DNA of 64,000 bases from Acidiferrobacteraceae bacterium (GCA_018698075.1 JABINT010000024.1:1929-65928); one strand, 5' to 3'. Positions 27,264 through 37,889 are shown, numbered from the stretch's first letter. The notes: generated from the sequence alone by a model not told the origin. Translations and numbers: made by a program.

Positions 27264-27548
27264 TTAAAAGAAGTCCAAAAGAACCGGGCCTTCTTGAACC
27301 TCCGGTGGCGCGGTCAACATGCCGGCCAACTGCCCCAGAATTGCCTGAATCTGGGGTTGGGCGGCCACAGCGGATGCTTGGGTATCGTAGGATGCGATCG
27401 TAATCGTTTTGCCGGGGCTAACCCGAACGATAACGCCCGACTGTATGCCTGCGATGGCTCTCAATCCATCGGCAGCGCCATGAGCAACGGCCATCACTTC
27501 GTCTTCTCTATCGGCGTCGAAGGTAAATGTGGTTATTCGATAATACAT
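27264..27548 (-). CDS. Small ABM-like/dimeric alpha-beta barrel protein
   Basis: AGGAG RBS before MYYRITTFTF; 94 aa; LRAIAGI, YDTQASA, PPEVQEGPV. Confidence 0.75.
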   Translation of the reverse strand: MYYRITTFTFDADREDEVMAVAHGAADGLRAIAGIQSGVIVRVSPGKTITIASYDTQASAVAAQPQIQAILGQLAGMLTAPPEVQEGPVLLDFF

Positions 27549-27779
27549 AGCAGGTCTCCTTTTGTAATTCGTAGGGGAAAATGTAACTGATCCAGATTTC
27601 TTGTCAAAGAGAGAATCCAAAGCCTGAGCCAGAACACCCCGACCCAGTGTGGAAAATTAATCGGATCGCCTGAATCAACCCGACATCCCAAGATGTGATC
27701 GGGGAGTCCACATTCGCAATGCCTAATCGGTTAAGTGGTGTTGCGGAGCGTCGGAGGCTTGCGGCCTTCTGTGGAAGAT

Positions 27780-29351
27780 CTATTGTTGTGCGATCCCCGC
27801 CTTACGGCCTCTTAATACGTACTTTTGCACTTTACCGGTAGCGGTCTTTGGCAGATCCTCGACGAAACTGACCAGGTGTGGCACTTTAAAGTGGGCCAAC
27901 CGCTCACGGACGTGAAGTTTAAGCTCATCAGCGCTGACTTTGGCATTGCTTTTTAGGACGACAAAGGCATGCGGGGTCTCGCCCCACTTTTCATGAGCAG
28001 CACCGACCACTGCAACTTCCTGGACAGCAGGGTGAGCCAATAAGCAGCCTTCAAGTTCTACCGAAGAGATATTTTCGCCTCCACTGATAATGACATCTTT
28101 AAACCGATCTCGAATCTCAACATATCCATCGGGATTGACAACTGCGGCATCACTGCTATGGAACCAGCCGTTTTTGATGGCTGCTTTGGTTTCTTCCGGA
28201 TCGTTGTAATAGCCCGACATCACGACATTTCCGCGGACGGTTATTTCGCCCAGCGTTTGGCCGTCGTTGGGAACCTCAGTGCCATCTTCGGTTACCACGC
28301 GAAGCTCTCCGGAACTCACAAGTTCTACCCCCTGACGTGCCTTGATTTTCGCCCGTTCTGAAAGGGAGAGGTCGTTGTGCTCCGGGCGGGGTTCGCAAAA
28401 AGTGATGAGGGGAGCCGTCTCGGTCAATCCGTAAACATGAGTCAGCTCCCAACCGAGCTCTCGTTCTACCAGTTCAATGGTTGCGGCTGCGGGTGGGGCA
28501 CCTGCTGTAAAAAGTCGTACTCCGCGCGGGGCGTCCGCTCTAAGTTCTTCTGGTGCGTTTGCGATGCTGATTAGCACCGTTGGAGCCGCGCAGAACATAG
28601 TGATGTTTTCTTCTTTGATGAGTTGAAAGATGAGCGCCGGCTCAACTTTGCGAAGGCAAACATGGGCCATACCCCGGGCTGTGTTAATCCAGGTGAAGGT
28701 CCAGCCATTTGCATGGAACATAGGCAAGGTCCACAAATACCGATCGCCGACGGTCAGGTGATGATGGACCAGGGTTCCCATGATATTTATGTACGCGTTG
28801 CGGTGGGTAATCATGACCCCTTTCGGCCGCGCGGTGGTCCCACTGGTGTAATTGATGGTGATGAGATCTGACTCATTAATCTCGACCGTGGTGAAAGCGG
28901 GGCTATGGGATTGAAGTGTTGATTCGTATTCGATCCATCCTTGCCCGGAACCCTCCAGCGCGACAAACGTTTCGACCGATGGCAAGTTAGCCCGGATTTC
29001 GTCAATAGCGGGAATGTAATCCGGGTGAACACAGATCACTTTTGCACCACAGTGATTAATGATGTATTCAAAATCACCGGGCTGTAGTCGGTAGTTGATG
29101 GGCACCAGCACGGCGCCGATCTGCGGGACCGCGTAATATCCTTCCAGGTGCGAATGCGTGTTGGGGGCAATATAGGCCACTCGATCGCCTTGTTGGACAC
29201 CAAGGGCTTGAAGGGCCGATGACCAACGGTCGCACCGCTCCAGAAACTCACCGTAGGTAAATCGCAGGTCTCCGTCTACGACCGCCTCACGGTCTGCGTA
29301 AAGCCTTTTTGCGCGTCGGGCGAACTCAATAGGGGTTAATGCAGTTTCCAT
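27780..29351 (-). CDS. Acyl-CoA synthetase (AMP-forming)
   Basis: NYTSGTTARPKG, LPMFHANGW, VYGLTE, DRFKDVIISGGENISS, LPKTATGK. Confidence 0.92.
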   Translation of the reverse strand: METALTPIEFARRAKRLYADREAVVDGDLRFTYGEFLERCDRWSSALQALGVQQGDRVAYIAPNTHSHLEGYYAVPQIGAVLVPINYRLQPGDFEYIINHCGAKVICVHPDYIPAIDEIRANLPSVETFVALEGSGQGWIEYESTLQSHSPAFTTVEINESDLITINYTSGTTARPKGVMITHRNAYINIMGTLVHHHLTVGDRYLWTLPMFHANGWTFTWINTARGMAHVCLRKVEPALIFQLIKEENITMFCAAPTVLISIANAPEELRADAPRGVRLFTAGAPPAAATIELVERELGWELTHVYGLTETAPLITFCEPRPEHNDLSLSERAKIKARQGVELVSSGELRVVTEDGTEVPNDGQTLGEITVRGNVVMSGYYNDPEETKAAIKNGWFHSSDAAVVNPDGYVEIRDRFKDVIISGGENISSVELEGCLLAHPAVQEVAVVGAAHEKWGETPHAFVVLKSNAKVSADELKLHVRERLAHFKVPHLVSFVEDLPKTATGKVQKYVLRGRKAGIAQQ

Positions 29352-29680
29352 ACTATTTCCAAATTAGGGGGGGTTTCAGTAAGCATAGGTTGAGTCTAAA
29401 GAAATCGAAAATTACAATGCAACCAATTGTTGAATCGATTGGCAAGCGTTTCTTGTCTGGTTCGTTCGAGCATGTCCAGGGAGAGCCCAGTTGCTCAATG
29501 AGAGACGGCGCACGGTAGAAGACATGTTATAGAAATATCTCTTGTCCTCCAAGCCGTTTCGTCTTCCGGGCAAAGCAACAGGCTCCAGGAGCTCAATTCT
29601 ATTGGAAACTGTGATTCACAGCAGTTCTCGGCCTATATTTGAAGCAATCCGGTTGTTCGCTTAGCGCTCAGAGTGCCGGT

Positions 29681-30541
29681 TTATTGTGCGGCTTTTAGTT
29701 CAACACCTTCTGTTATGCCAAAAGATTTGTCATGGCGTAGGCTGGGTATGCGTTGACGGGCTATCCCGACCTCATCAAGGTCAATCACTGTATTGATAAC
29801 ACCGACTTGATCTCCTCCATCGGCAAGAACTTCACCCCAGGGATTGATGATCAATGAGTGGCCGTAGCTTGCTCCGCCACCATCGACTTTTCCGATGGCG
29901 CATGGCGCAACGACAAAAGCCCCATTCTCTATTGCCCGCGCTCTGTTGAGCACGTGCCAGTGGGCCTGCCCGGTCTTTTGTGTAAAAGCCGCCGGGACAA
30001 ACAGAATTTCTGCACCCGATTGAGACAACTCCCGATATAGATTCGGAAAACGAAGGTCGTAGCAGATTGTTTGCCCCATCATTGCAAAAGGTGTCTGGCA
30101 GATAACGGCTTTGTTTCCACCATGAACAGATGCGCTTTCACGGTATGATCGTCGCTCAGAAAGATTGACGTCAAACAGATGAATTTTGTCGTATCGGCTG
30201 ATGATGTTTCCGTTGTCATCAATAACAAAACTTCGGTTGAGAATCTTATTATCAGGGCCATTAATAGCGATTGAGCCGATGAGAAAGAACTTCTTTTTAT
30301 TCTTTGCAAAAGCCCTCAGCCCGTTTAAAACAGGATGAGATTCTTCCGGTGCGCTCGGTGGAGTAAAAGCCGAACCTTGTGTTTTCAGCCCCCCGCAATA
30401 CTCGGGCGTGGTGATGAATTCAGCACCTTTTGCCACTGCTTCTTCAGCGAGCGATACCGCCAGATCAAGCGCGGACTGGAATTCCGGCTGTGGACTGGTC
30501 TGAAGACAAGCAATATTTAGCAGTCTTTTCGAACTATTCAT
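29681..30541 (-). CDS. Carbon-nitrogen hydrolase (Nit1-like)
   Basis: TPEY, YDKIHLFDV, ICYDLRFP, ARAIEN, YGHSLIINPWG. Confidence 0.9.
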   Translation of the reverse strand: MNSSKRLLNIACLQTSPQPEFQSALDLAVSLAEEAVAKGAEFITTPEYCGGLKTQGSAFTPPSAPEESHPVLNGLRAFAKNKKKFFLIGSIAINGPDNKILNRSFVIDDNGNIISRYDKIHLFDVNLSERRSYRESASVHGGNKAVICQTPFAMMGQTICYDLRFPNLYRELSQSGAEILFVPAAFTQKTGQAHWHVLNRARAIENGAFVVAPCAIGKVDGGGASYGHSLIINPWGEVLADGGDQVGVINTVIDLDEVGIARQRIPSLRHDKSFGITEGVELKAAQ

Positions 30542-30704
30542 GGGTTTTCGGCCTGTTTAGTCTGAAATGAAGCACAATTTTTGAGCAGCATCTGGCACAT
30601 CGGACGGCGCCAAGCGTCAGTTTATCAAAAGGGCTGATCAACAAGCTCCCTTATGCAAGGATTGTTTTTCTGACCTAGCCACCTTGTTAAGCTGTCTATT
30701 GGGT

Positions 30705-30727
30705 AAAGAAAACTCGCCGAAGCGAGG
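30705..30727 (-). terminator. Intrinsic terminator
   Basis: Minus strand CTCGC-TTCG-GCGAG followed by TTTTCTTT. Confidence 0.65.
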
Positions 30728-30773
30728 TTATCTGGTCAAGATTCAGGCAGATCCGGAGCAAAACCTGCAGTTA

Positions 30774-31154
30774 TTAGTTCATCGAGTGAATGACTGATCC
30801 ACCAGCGATTAGAACTTTTCCATACTCCATAATCGTCCCCGCAAAGGCCATAAAGTGTTCCCACTGCATGCCTTGCGCCATATGCCGATCGATCCCATCG
30901 CTTTCAACGTAGACTTCATTTATAGAGTAAAGAATGTTGCCGGTGGTTCCCTCACTTGGGTCCAGCAGGTTTTTCATCTCCTCGGCTTTGGCAACATGAT
31001 AGTCAACAAGGTGAATCCTTCCATCTGCCTCGAGCGAGTGTGTTTCCCGCATCCAGGCAGCGTGGGTCGCAATCATCTCTTCTACTTCTTCCGCTTTGTC
31101 AGCCGGAACAGATAATGCAAAGTTGAAAGTCAATTGTCCATTTTTTGAAGCCAT
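30774..31154 (-). CDS. Hypothetical protein, probable alpha-beta barrel fold
   Basis: GGAG RBS, 126 aa, HAAWMRETH, NEVY, followed by terminator. Confidence 0.7.
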   Translation of the reverse strand: MASKNGQLTFNFALSVPADKAEEVEEMIATHAAWMRETHSLEADGRIHLVDYHVAKAEEMKNLLDPSEGTTGNILYSINEVYVESDGIDRHMAQGMQWEHFMAFAGTIMEYGKVLIAGGSVIHSMN

Positions 31155-31332
31155 GAATTACTCCCGATTGATTGTTATAAAACGCTAACGATTCTAACGC
31201 GATTTCTCGGCAAAATTGATAGCCCGAAAATTGAAACAGAACTTAGTGTCACTTGCTGCTCTTCACTGCTACCGGATTAGGGCGCCGGGTGTTGGATCAA
31301 ATCAACGTCAGGGCTTGTCGGCATTATTAAGG

Positions 31333-31857
31333 TCAGTGCTTGACTGTATCACCGGCGATCTTATCCATAAGGGCAAAAATAAGGCCCGACAGAACAAACG
31401 CTAAATGAAGTATCACTTTCCACAACAAGGCGCTGCTCTGGTCAGCCGTTAGAGTATCAGGGATATTCATAAATGACTTTAACAAATCGATCGCTGAAAT
31501 TGCCACGATCGCACCAATCACCTTGAGTTTTAAGCCAGAAAAGTCGACCTTGCCCATCCAGTCTGGCCTGTCCTCATGACCGGCAACATCGATCTTGGAG
31601 ACAAAAATTTCATAACCACTAAAAATAATCATCAATAACAAACTGCCAACCAGAGCCATATCCACCAAAGCCAGTATCCCAATAATCACATCACTTTCTG
31701 AGGCCACCAGCACAACAGCGCTCAGGTGCCACAGTTCCTGGGCGAACTTCACAAACAGCAACAAAATACTGAAGACCAATCCCAGGAAGAAGGGCGCTAA
31801 AAACCACCGACTCTTGAAGATCGCCGACTCTAAGAAACTTTCAATTTTTGCAAACAT
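31333..31857 (-). CDS. YqhA/UPF0114 (TIGR00645) membrane protein
   Basis: SRWFLAP, FSGYEIFVSKID, PDWMGKVDFSGLKLK; likely start MFAKIES. Confidence 0.88.
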   Translation of the reverse strand: MFAKIESFLESAIFKSRWFLAPFFLGLVFSILLLFVKFAQELWHLSAVVLVASESDVIIGILALVDMALVGSLLLMIIFSGYEIFVSKIDVAGHEDRPDWMGKVDFSGLKLKVIGAIVAISAIDLLKSFMNIPDTLTADQSSALLWKVILHLAFVLSGLIFALMDKIAGDTVKH

Positions 31858-32075
31858 CACTTCAGTCCATTCGGCAAACGCCCGCAATCATAGCAGTAAT
31901 TTTTGACATGCCGTGGCTGGCTATCTATAGCACACCGATATATCAGTAGGCCCTAGGTGTGATTGAGCGAGGGGTCTCGTTTCGGCGGGACTCTTTAAAT
32001 ATTGAGACTAAACACTTCCGGCATGTAAAGCGGGTAGAGTTACGATATTGGTCGGGTACTGGGGCAGGGGGCAAA

Positions 32076-32297
32076 ATGGATTCAAATGTCGTCCTTGAGT
32101 CGGTAATCACGTGTGCCGAGTGTGGTCAGCAGGCGATAGAGGAGATGCCAACAGATTTCTGCCTGTGGTTCTATGAGTGCAAATCCTGTCACAAGATGAT
32201 GAAGCCTAAAGCGGGCGACTGTTGTGTATTTTGTTCATACGGCACGGTACCGTGCCCACCAATACAGCAAAGCAACTCTTGTCATGGCGCAGAATAA
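32076..32297 (+). CDS. GDCCVxC domain-containing metal-binding protein
   Basis: ITCAECG, MPTDFC, YECKSC, KPKAGDCCVFCSYGTVPCPPIQ. Confidence 0.88.
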   Translation: MDSNVVLESVITCAECGQQAIEEMPTDFCLWFYECKSCHKMMKPKAGDCCVFCSYGTVPCPPIQQSNSCHGAE

Positions 32298-32742
32298 GTT
32301 ACAGAAAGATTTCTGGTTTTGGTGTAATGGTAGCAATGAGCGCCCCTGTCTTTATCTTCGTGCTTCTGCGGGGCAGTGTTGCTATGCCAACTAAAACCTC
32401 ACTTGAATGAACAAGTTCTACAAATACGGATTCTGGGTCTTGGTTGTATACGTCTTTGTTGATATTTTCCTTTACGCAACAAGCTACGAATGTATGAACC
32501 GTTGCATCCCTAGTGCGCTTAACCTTTCAAAACAGCTCTTCTCTTTATGGTGATCTGGTATTTGTCTACCTGGTGAGTTTTATACTGCTGTCTAAGTTCG
32601 GGCTCATATCTCCCCGCTAAATCCTCAACCCTCAGATGTATAGTAGAGCCTCTGGTTATTCCTTTGTAAGAAACAATTAGGGTAGCGGTATATTGACAGA
32701 AGTATGTGTCATCTGAGCTAATTAAATTGAGGAGAAAGTACG

Positions 32743-33060
32743 ATGCCGAAATATATCACTTTAGGAACCTTTACCAATGAAGGTGCTGCGGGACTCGTTG
32801 ATGGTGATTCCGATCGCAGAGCGGCGATGGAAGCTCTGTGTAATAGCGTGGGAGCCACGTTGGTAGATCATTATATTACTCGTGGTCAATATGATTTCTG
32901 TAACATATGCGAAGCCGATTCATTTGCCGTGGTTGCTGCGATGACCTTAAAGGCCAGAGCCAGTGGGACGGTTAGCAACTTGGTCACTCTAGAATCGGTT
33001 GATATTAACGAAATACGCAGCGCCGCAAAGAGTGTTCAATTCACGCCAGCGGGCGGTTAA
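32743..33060 (+). CDS. GYD domain-containing protein
   Basis: MPKYITLGTFTNEG, RRAA, TRGQYDF; GAGGAG RBS. Confidence 0.85.
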   Translation: MPKYITLGTFTNEGAAGLVDGDSDRRAAMEALCNSVGATLVDHYITRGQYDFCNICEADSFAVVAAMTLKARASGTVSNLVTLESVDINEIRSAAKSVQFTPAGG

Positions 33061-33069
33061 TCATTGTGA

Positions 33070-33096
33070 GCGCCCTACACCGTAGGGCGCTTCTTT
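33070..33096 (+). terminator. Intrinsic terminator
   Basis: GCGCCCTAC-ACC-GTAGGGCGC followed by TTCTTT. Confidence 0.8.
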
Positions 33097-33310
33097 ATGG
33101 ATAAATATCTAGCCCAATGTCTTTGACCACATCTTCCATTTTCAAATCTGTATAGCGCATCAGTATAGTTTTCTCTACGGGCGCCTATTTTCTGACTCAG
33201 GGGTCCTTTAGAGTTGATTGCTTCGAGTATCAAAAGGTGTTGATAGTTCGGGTGCGAGACATCGAGTACTATCGATGACGGTTAATAACATCTTTCAGGC
33301 AGGAGATTCA

Positions 33311-33508
33311 ATGATGCAAACCCAGGCAACTCAAAACGTAGTCGAAAGCCCGCAGGTGGCGACCCTTCTTGCGAGTAAGAGTTTGCAACTCAGTTGTGCA
33401 TTCGCTCTTGGCATTGCAGTTTTATTTGCAGCGGTGTTTGTTCAGACCTCGTCAGTTCACAACGCGGCACATGATATGCGTCATTCTCAAGGATTTCCCT
33501 GCCACTAA
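33311..33508 (+). CDS. cbtB: Cobalt transporter subunit CbtB
   Basis: One TM then HNAAHDMRHSQGFPCH; AGGAG RBS. Confidence 0.9.
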   Translation: MMQTQATQNVVESPQVATLLASKSLQLSCAFALGIAVLFAAVFVQTSSVHNAAHDMRHSQGFPCH

Positions 33509-33524
33509 TTCAATTGGTAGTCCT

Positions 33525-34265
33525 GTGATTTTCCGACGACTGGTCGTGATTGCGCTTGTGGGCGGGCTGATTGGAGGCGCTGCCGTCAGCCTAATTCAGT
33601 GGTGGCAAGTAACTCCGATTATTGTCCAGGCTGAGAAATTGGAGAGTCTTAAGGCTGAGACAATCCAAGCAGTCAGCCAGGAACATAGTGAGGGTAGCCA
33701 CTCTCATGGCGATGGTTGGCGACCCCAAGATGGCCTCGAGCGAACGGCTTATATGGCCTTGTCAAATATATTGACGGCATTCGGGTTTACGCTTGTTCTG
33801 GCAGTGTCGATGGCTGGCGCGGCATTAAAGTTTAAAAAAAATTCTGAAGTTAATGTGGCCGTTGGGGCAATGTGGGGTCTGGGTGGATTTGTTACCTTTT
33901 TTGCTGCGCCTTCTGTTGGGGTTGCGCCAGAATTGCCCGGAGTGACGAGCGTAGCGCTAGAGCTTAGACAATGGTGGTGGGCTGGCGCTGTTATTTGTAG
34001 TGGCGCAGGCCTATATCTGGCTTACGTATTGAAAACCCGCTGGAAGTGGGGTTTGTTGGTGGGACTCCTTAGTGCGCCTCACATTTATGGCGCACCGCAG
34101 GCGCAAAATCCGTACCAGGGTTTTCCAAGTGAAGTGGCTGTTCAGCTTTCTAAGATGTCCAAAGATTTCTTTTTAGTGACTGGCCTGAGTAGCCTTACTC
34201 TGTGGTTGGTTCTTGGAATCTTCTCGGCGTTGGCTGTTAAGCGTTATATTGATTTAGAAAACTGA
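33525..34265 (+). CDS. cbtA: Cobalt transporter subunit CbtA
   Basis: VTPIIVQAE, His-rich loop, WRPQDGLERT, PELPG, RQWWW, PHIYGAP; GTG start. Confidence 0.9.
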   Translation: MIFRRLVVIALVGGLIGGAAVSLIQWWQVTPIIVQAEKLESLKAETIQAVSQEHSEGSHSHGDGWRPQDGLERTAYMALSNILTAFGFTLVLAVSMAGAALKFKKNSEVNVAVGAMWGLGGFVTFFAAPSVGVAPELPGVTSVALELRQWWWAGAVICSGAGLYLAYVLKTRWKWGLLVGLLSAPHIYGAPQAQNPYQGFPSEVAVQLSKMSKDFFLVTGLSSLTLWLVLGIFSALAVKRYIDLEN

Positions 34266-34648
34266 TTGCGCTTGTTGCCAGCCAAGACTCATCGGTTGCC
34301 CCGGTTATGTTGGTAAATGGCTTGGCCAGCCAGTGATAACCGCTCCTTTTGATCTAAACAAGGTATTTTCCTCGTTAGCCGCTGGTCAAACCCCCAAAAC
34401 ACAACGAGGCATGAAGTCGTATGCTCGAATCCAATCATGCCTGGATTCGACCAGTCGGCACTGACGGGCGCAGTAGAAGGTTTGGCGTCATTCCGCGCGA
34501 TCCCAGTTCTTAATCAGTGCGAAGCGACTACGCCAGATCAGTGAGTCCATCAGCTCTAACGAGAAGCCGCGATCTTTCAGTACGGATCGCGTCCAATGGC
34601 AATCATGCATTATTGCGGGCTGTGGAGCAGGGGAGGGAACCTCGTCTT

Positions 34649-36220
34649 TTACGGCGAGGGCTCTTTTTTGCCAGACTGTGACGGTGTCGAGCTCATCGAC
34701 GAGATCATCTCCGGCAACTTTAGTCTCAGAATCTTTCCAGACGGACCCTTTGGCAGGTCATCCATAAAATAGATGTGTTTGGGTGCTTTGACTTTGCCGA
34801 TTGCACTCTCACACAGTAACTTCAAGTCTTGTTCGCTACAGTCGTGACCGTCTCGGCGCACCACACAGGCTACTACTTCCTGCCCGTAGTTTTCATCATC
34901 GACACCGACTGCGGCCGCCTCGAGGACGGCGTCGTGTCGGTACAGAACGTCGTCGATCTCGCGGGGTGCGATGTTTTCGCCGCCACGAATGATGAGTTCC
35001 TTCAAGCGTCCGGTGATAAAAAGGTAAGCATCCTCATCAAGCATGCCAAGATCCCCTGTCCTGAACCACCCCTGGACGAAGGCGCTCTTGGTGACATCGG
35101 GGCTTTGATAGTAGTAGTCCAGCAGGTTATCGCCTCGGATGACAATTTCTCCGGCGATGCCCGGGGGGCAATCTTGCCCATCGTCGTCGATTACCTTGAT
35201 CTCGTTGCCAACTGCAACGCCGACGGAACCTGGCTTGCATGCGCCCGGTGGCATAGGGTTGCAAGCTACGGTACCAGCGGTCTCGGTAAGGCCTAATGTT
35301 TCGATCATTGGCACGTCAAACACGGCACGCCATTGCTCTAGCACCACTACTGGCAATGGCGCCGAGGCGGAGCGACCGAACCGAAAGGAGCGCAGCCGTT
35401 CGTCGTGACCAAAGTCGTAGGGTTCCTGGTCAGCGCGATCCAAGAGATATTTGATAATAGTGGGAACCACGCTCGACCAGGTGCACTGGTACTGCGCGAC
35501 AAAGGCCCAGAAAGTGCTTGCCCGAAAACGTGAAGGCATAACCACACTACCACCGCTGACCAGAGGTGCAGCGACGGTGACCATTGCGCCATTGATGTGG
35601 TAGATCGGCAGCACACACAATGCGCGGTCCGACTTGGTAAGGTTATGCCCGGTTACCACGTTTCGCCCACCGTTGATAATCGCCCGGTGGCTAAGTACGG
35701 CTCCTTTGGGCAAGCCTGTCGAGCCGGATGTGTACAGCAACAGCGCTGGATCGGATGCGGCTGGCTCGGGATTCGCCCGGTCGTCAGGCGGCGGCCCGTC
35801 CGGCCAGGCCGGTCCGGTGACGGGATTAAGGTCGATCAGCTTGATCTGGCGGGGCACCTCGCCGAGTAAAGCCGTAAGCTTTTCGCGGTAGGCTGGCGCA
35901 ACGAATGCGATCTGTGTATCGGAGTGGCGGAGTACGTGCCTTAACTGTACATCACCAGCTACGGCATTCAGTGGTACAACGACACGGCCACTTGCCATAA
36001 TCGCAAGATGCACAAGGGCAGTCCATCCACCGTTGTCGGCAAGAAACGAGACTTTGGCTCCTCTTGCGACGCCAAGTTGGTCGAGGCCTGCCGCGATCTG
36101 GTGCACCCCGTGCCCCAGATCACCGTAGGGGAAAATTCTGTCCGCGTCGGGAGATATTAGCCAAATATCTTTTGGGCACTGCTCGGCATAGCGATCTATA
36201 AAATGCCTGACCGTATCCAT
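34649..36220 (-). CDS. sauT: AMP-binding CoA ligase, probable sulfoacetate-CoA ligase
   Basis: YTSGSTGLPKG, LPIYHING, FGRSASAPL, LPKGPSGK; translationally coupled to sauS-like gene. Confidence 0.7.
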   Translation of the reverse strand: MDTVRHFIDRYAEQCPKDIWLISPDADRIFPYGDLGHGVHQIAAGLDQLGVARGAKVSFLADNGGWTALVHLAIMASGRVVVPLNAVAGDVQLRHVLRHSDTQIAFVAPAYREKLTALLGEVPRQIKLIDLNPVTGPAWPDGPPPDDRANPEPAASDPALLLYTSGSTGLPKGAVLSHRAIINGGRNVVTGHNLTKSDRALCVLPIYHINGAMVTVAAPLVSGGSVVMPSRFRASTFWAFVAQYQCTWSSVVPTIIKYLLDRADQEPYDFGHDERLRSFRFGRSASAPLPVVVLEQWRAVFDVPMIETLGLTETAGTVACNPMPPGACKPGSVGVAVGNEIKVIDDDGQDCPPGIAGEIVIRGDNLLDYYYQSPDVTKSAFVQGWFRTGDLGMLDEDAYLFITGRLKELIIRGGENIAPREIDDVLYRHDAVLEAAAVGVDDENYGQEVVACVVRRDGHDCSEQDLKLLCESAIGKVKAPKHIYFMDDLPKGPSGKILRLKLPEMISSMSSTPSQSGKKEPSP

Positions 36221-37659
36221 CAGTCACGACCAAATTTGGCAAAATGAGCGCCAAACAGCGCCTCCTCAGACGGTTTGTCCTCGGCGAAGGTGGTGACCAG
36301 GTTTGTAACGTTGATGAAGTGTTTGTAGTTCAGGTTCTCCGAGATACTGTTGCCGCCCCACGTGCCGCAGCCCATGCTAAGCGTGAAGTTGAGCGCATTG
36401 TTGAAACTACCGCCGTTTCCAAAAGCATGGGCTTGGTTAACCAGTACTCGCACGACATCGATCTGCTCCGCGAGCCTTCGAGCGTGACCCATGTCCGAAG
36501 TATGAATGCCGCACGAGTGACCTTTGCCCTGAACTTTGAGAATATTCGTTACCAGCGTTACCGCGTGGTCAAAATCCCGCGCGCGGTAAATGGTTAGGAC
36601 CAGAGAAAGTTTTTCATCGGCGAATGGCGATTCAGGGCTAAAAGCATCCTCCTCTACCATAAAAAAACGTGACTGTTTAGCGCTGTCGCTCAAACCGACT
36701 CTGTCAGCGAAAACATCGGGGTTGGTGGCGATCAAGTTGCGGTTGAGCTTATTTTCAATCCAGAGCTGCTCGACAATGAGATCTTTTTCTTGGGAATTGG
36801 CAAGGTAACCGCCGACCCGTTTCAGGGAGTCAAGCGCGCCTGCGTAGACGTCGTCGAGTATGACCAGAGCGTTTTCCGAAGAGCAAGAGGTAGCGTTATC
36901 GAACGTTTTGGAGCCGCAAATCTTAGCGGCGGCGTCATCCAGATCAGCGCTGTTATCGATGATGACCGGAACGTTGCCGGCGCCCACCCCGATGGCCGGG
37001 GTGCCACTGCTATAAGACGCGCGCACGTTGTTCTGTGACCCAGTTGTAACCACTAGATCCGCTTTTGCCATAAGCAGATGGGTCATGGTCCGCGAGACGG
37101 GATGGGGCAGGATCTGCACCAGATCGATTGGCGCCCCCACGTGGGCCAGCGCCGCTCTCATCAGCTCTACTGTGGCGTTGGTGCTGGTCCAACTGCTCGG
37201 CGAGGGGGCTATGATGATGGCGTTGGCGCCCTTGATGGCCATCATGGCCTTGTTGACAGGTGTGGCGGTTGGATTGGTTGAGGGCGTTATGGCTGCGACT
37301 ACTCCAACGGGTTTGCCGTACTGACTGATGCCGCGCTCGGGGTCGTTATCGATAATACCCACCGTGCGCACCCGCATCAGATCTCGCAAGGTGCCAAAGG
37401 TCTTGCGTTGGTTCTTTATAACCTTGTCGTGAACATTGCCGATCCCGGTATCGGCGACTGCGAGTTCCGCCAGACGCTGTGCGTTTTTTGGTTTGTAAAG
37501 AGACCAGGCCAGCGCGGTCACCAACTCGTCCACCCGGCCCTGGTCGGCCGCGGCAATTTGCTCTATCGCTATACGGCCTCTCAAGACCAGGTCATCTACC
37601 TGGATCAGTTCGCCGTTTGAGCCATCGACGGCTGAGGCGTGATCATTGACTTCTGTCAT
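36220..37659 (-). CDS. sauS: Acylating sulfoacetaldehyde dehydrogenase
   Basis: PSTNPTATP, TGSQNNVR, SKTFDNATSCSSEN, SMGCGTWGGN closely resemble SauS as recalled. Confidence 0.8.
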   Translation of the reverse strand: MTEVNDHASAVDGSNGELIQVDDLVLRGRIAIEQIAAADQGRVDELVTALAWSLYKPKNAQRLAELAVADTGIGNVHDKVIKNQRKTFGTLRDLMRVRTVGIIDNDPERGISQYGKPVGVVAAITPSTNPTATPVNKAMMAIKGANAIIIAPSPSSWTSTNATVELMRAALAHVGAPIDLVQILPHPVSRTMTHLLMAKADLVVTTGSQNNVRASYSSGTPAIGVGAGNVPVIIDNSADLDDAAAKICGSKTFDNATSCSSENALVILDDVYAGALDSLKRVGGYLANSQEKDLIVEQLWIENKLNRNLIATNPDVFADRVGLSDSAKQSRFFMVEEDAFSPESPFADEKLSLVLTIYRARDFDHAVTLVTNILKVQGKGHSCGIHTSDMGHARRLAEQIDVVRVLVNQAHAFGNGGSFNNALNFTLSMGCGTWGGNSISENLNYKHFINVTNLVTTFAEDKPSEEALFGAHFAKFGRD

Positions 37660-37889
37660 GTTTTTGTAGTCATTTGTTTGGGCGATGAGGCAGACTAAAA
37701 CGGCGTTAACCGCTCGTCAAGTCGAACCGTGCCCATACTTACAGTTTGGTACACTGGGGTGGATGAAACTCGTCGGCCACGAACAATCGAATCTAACTCG
37801 CGATTTGGTCGGGGCCCGTGGGCAAGGGCTCAAAGCACCCCTTTGCAAACCTGCCTTGCAGTACTGACCAAATTTACGTCTGAAAGACC

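Noticed and set aside
32076-32297. Possible selenoprotein (GDCCVxC family)
   Set aside because: No in-frame TGA; this is the all-Cys form.
32407-32620. Short hydrophobic frame MNKFYKYGFWVLVVYVFVDIFLY...
   Set aside because: Stops after 35 codons and has no clear RBS; may be a decayed membrane-protein gene but cannot be supported.
34425-34450. Inverted repeat TCGAATCCA...TGGATTCGA
   Set aside because: Single hairpin between convergent genes; resembles a T-arm but there is no cloverleaf or U tail.
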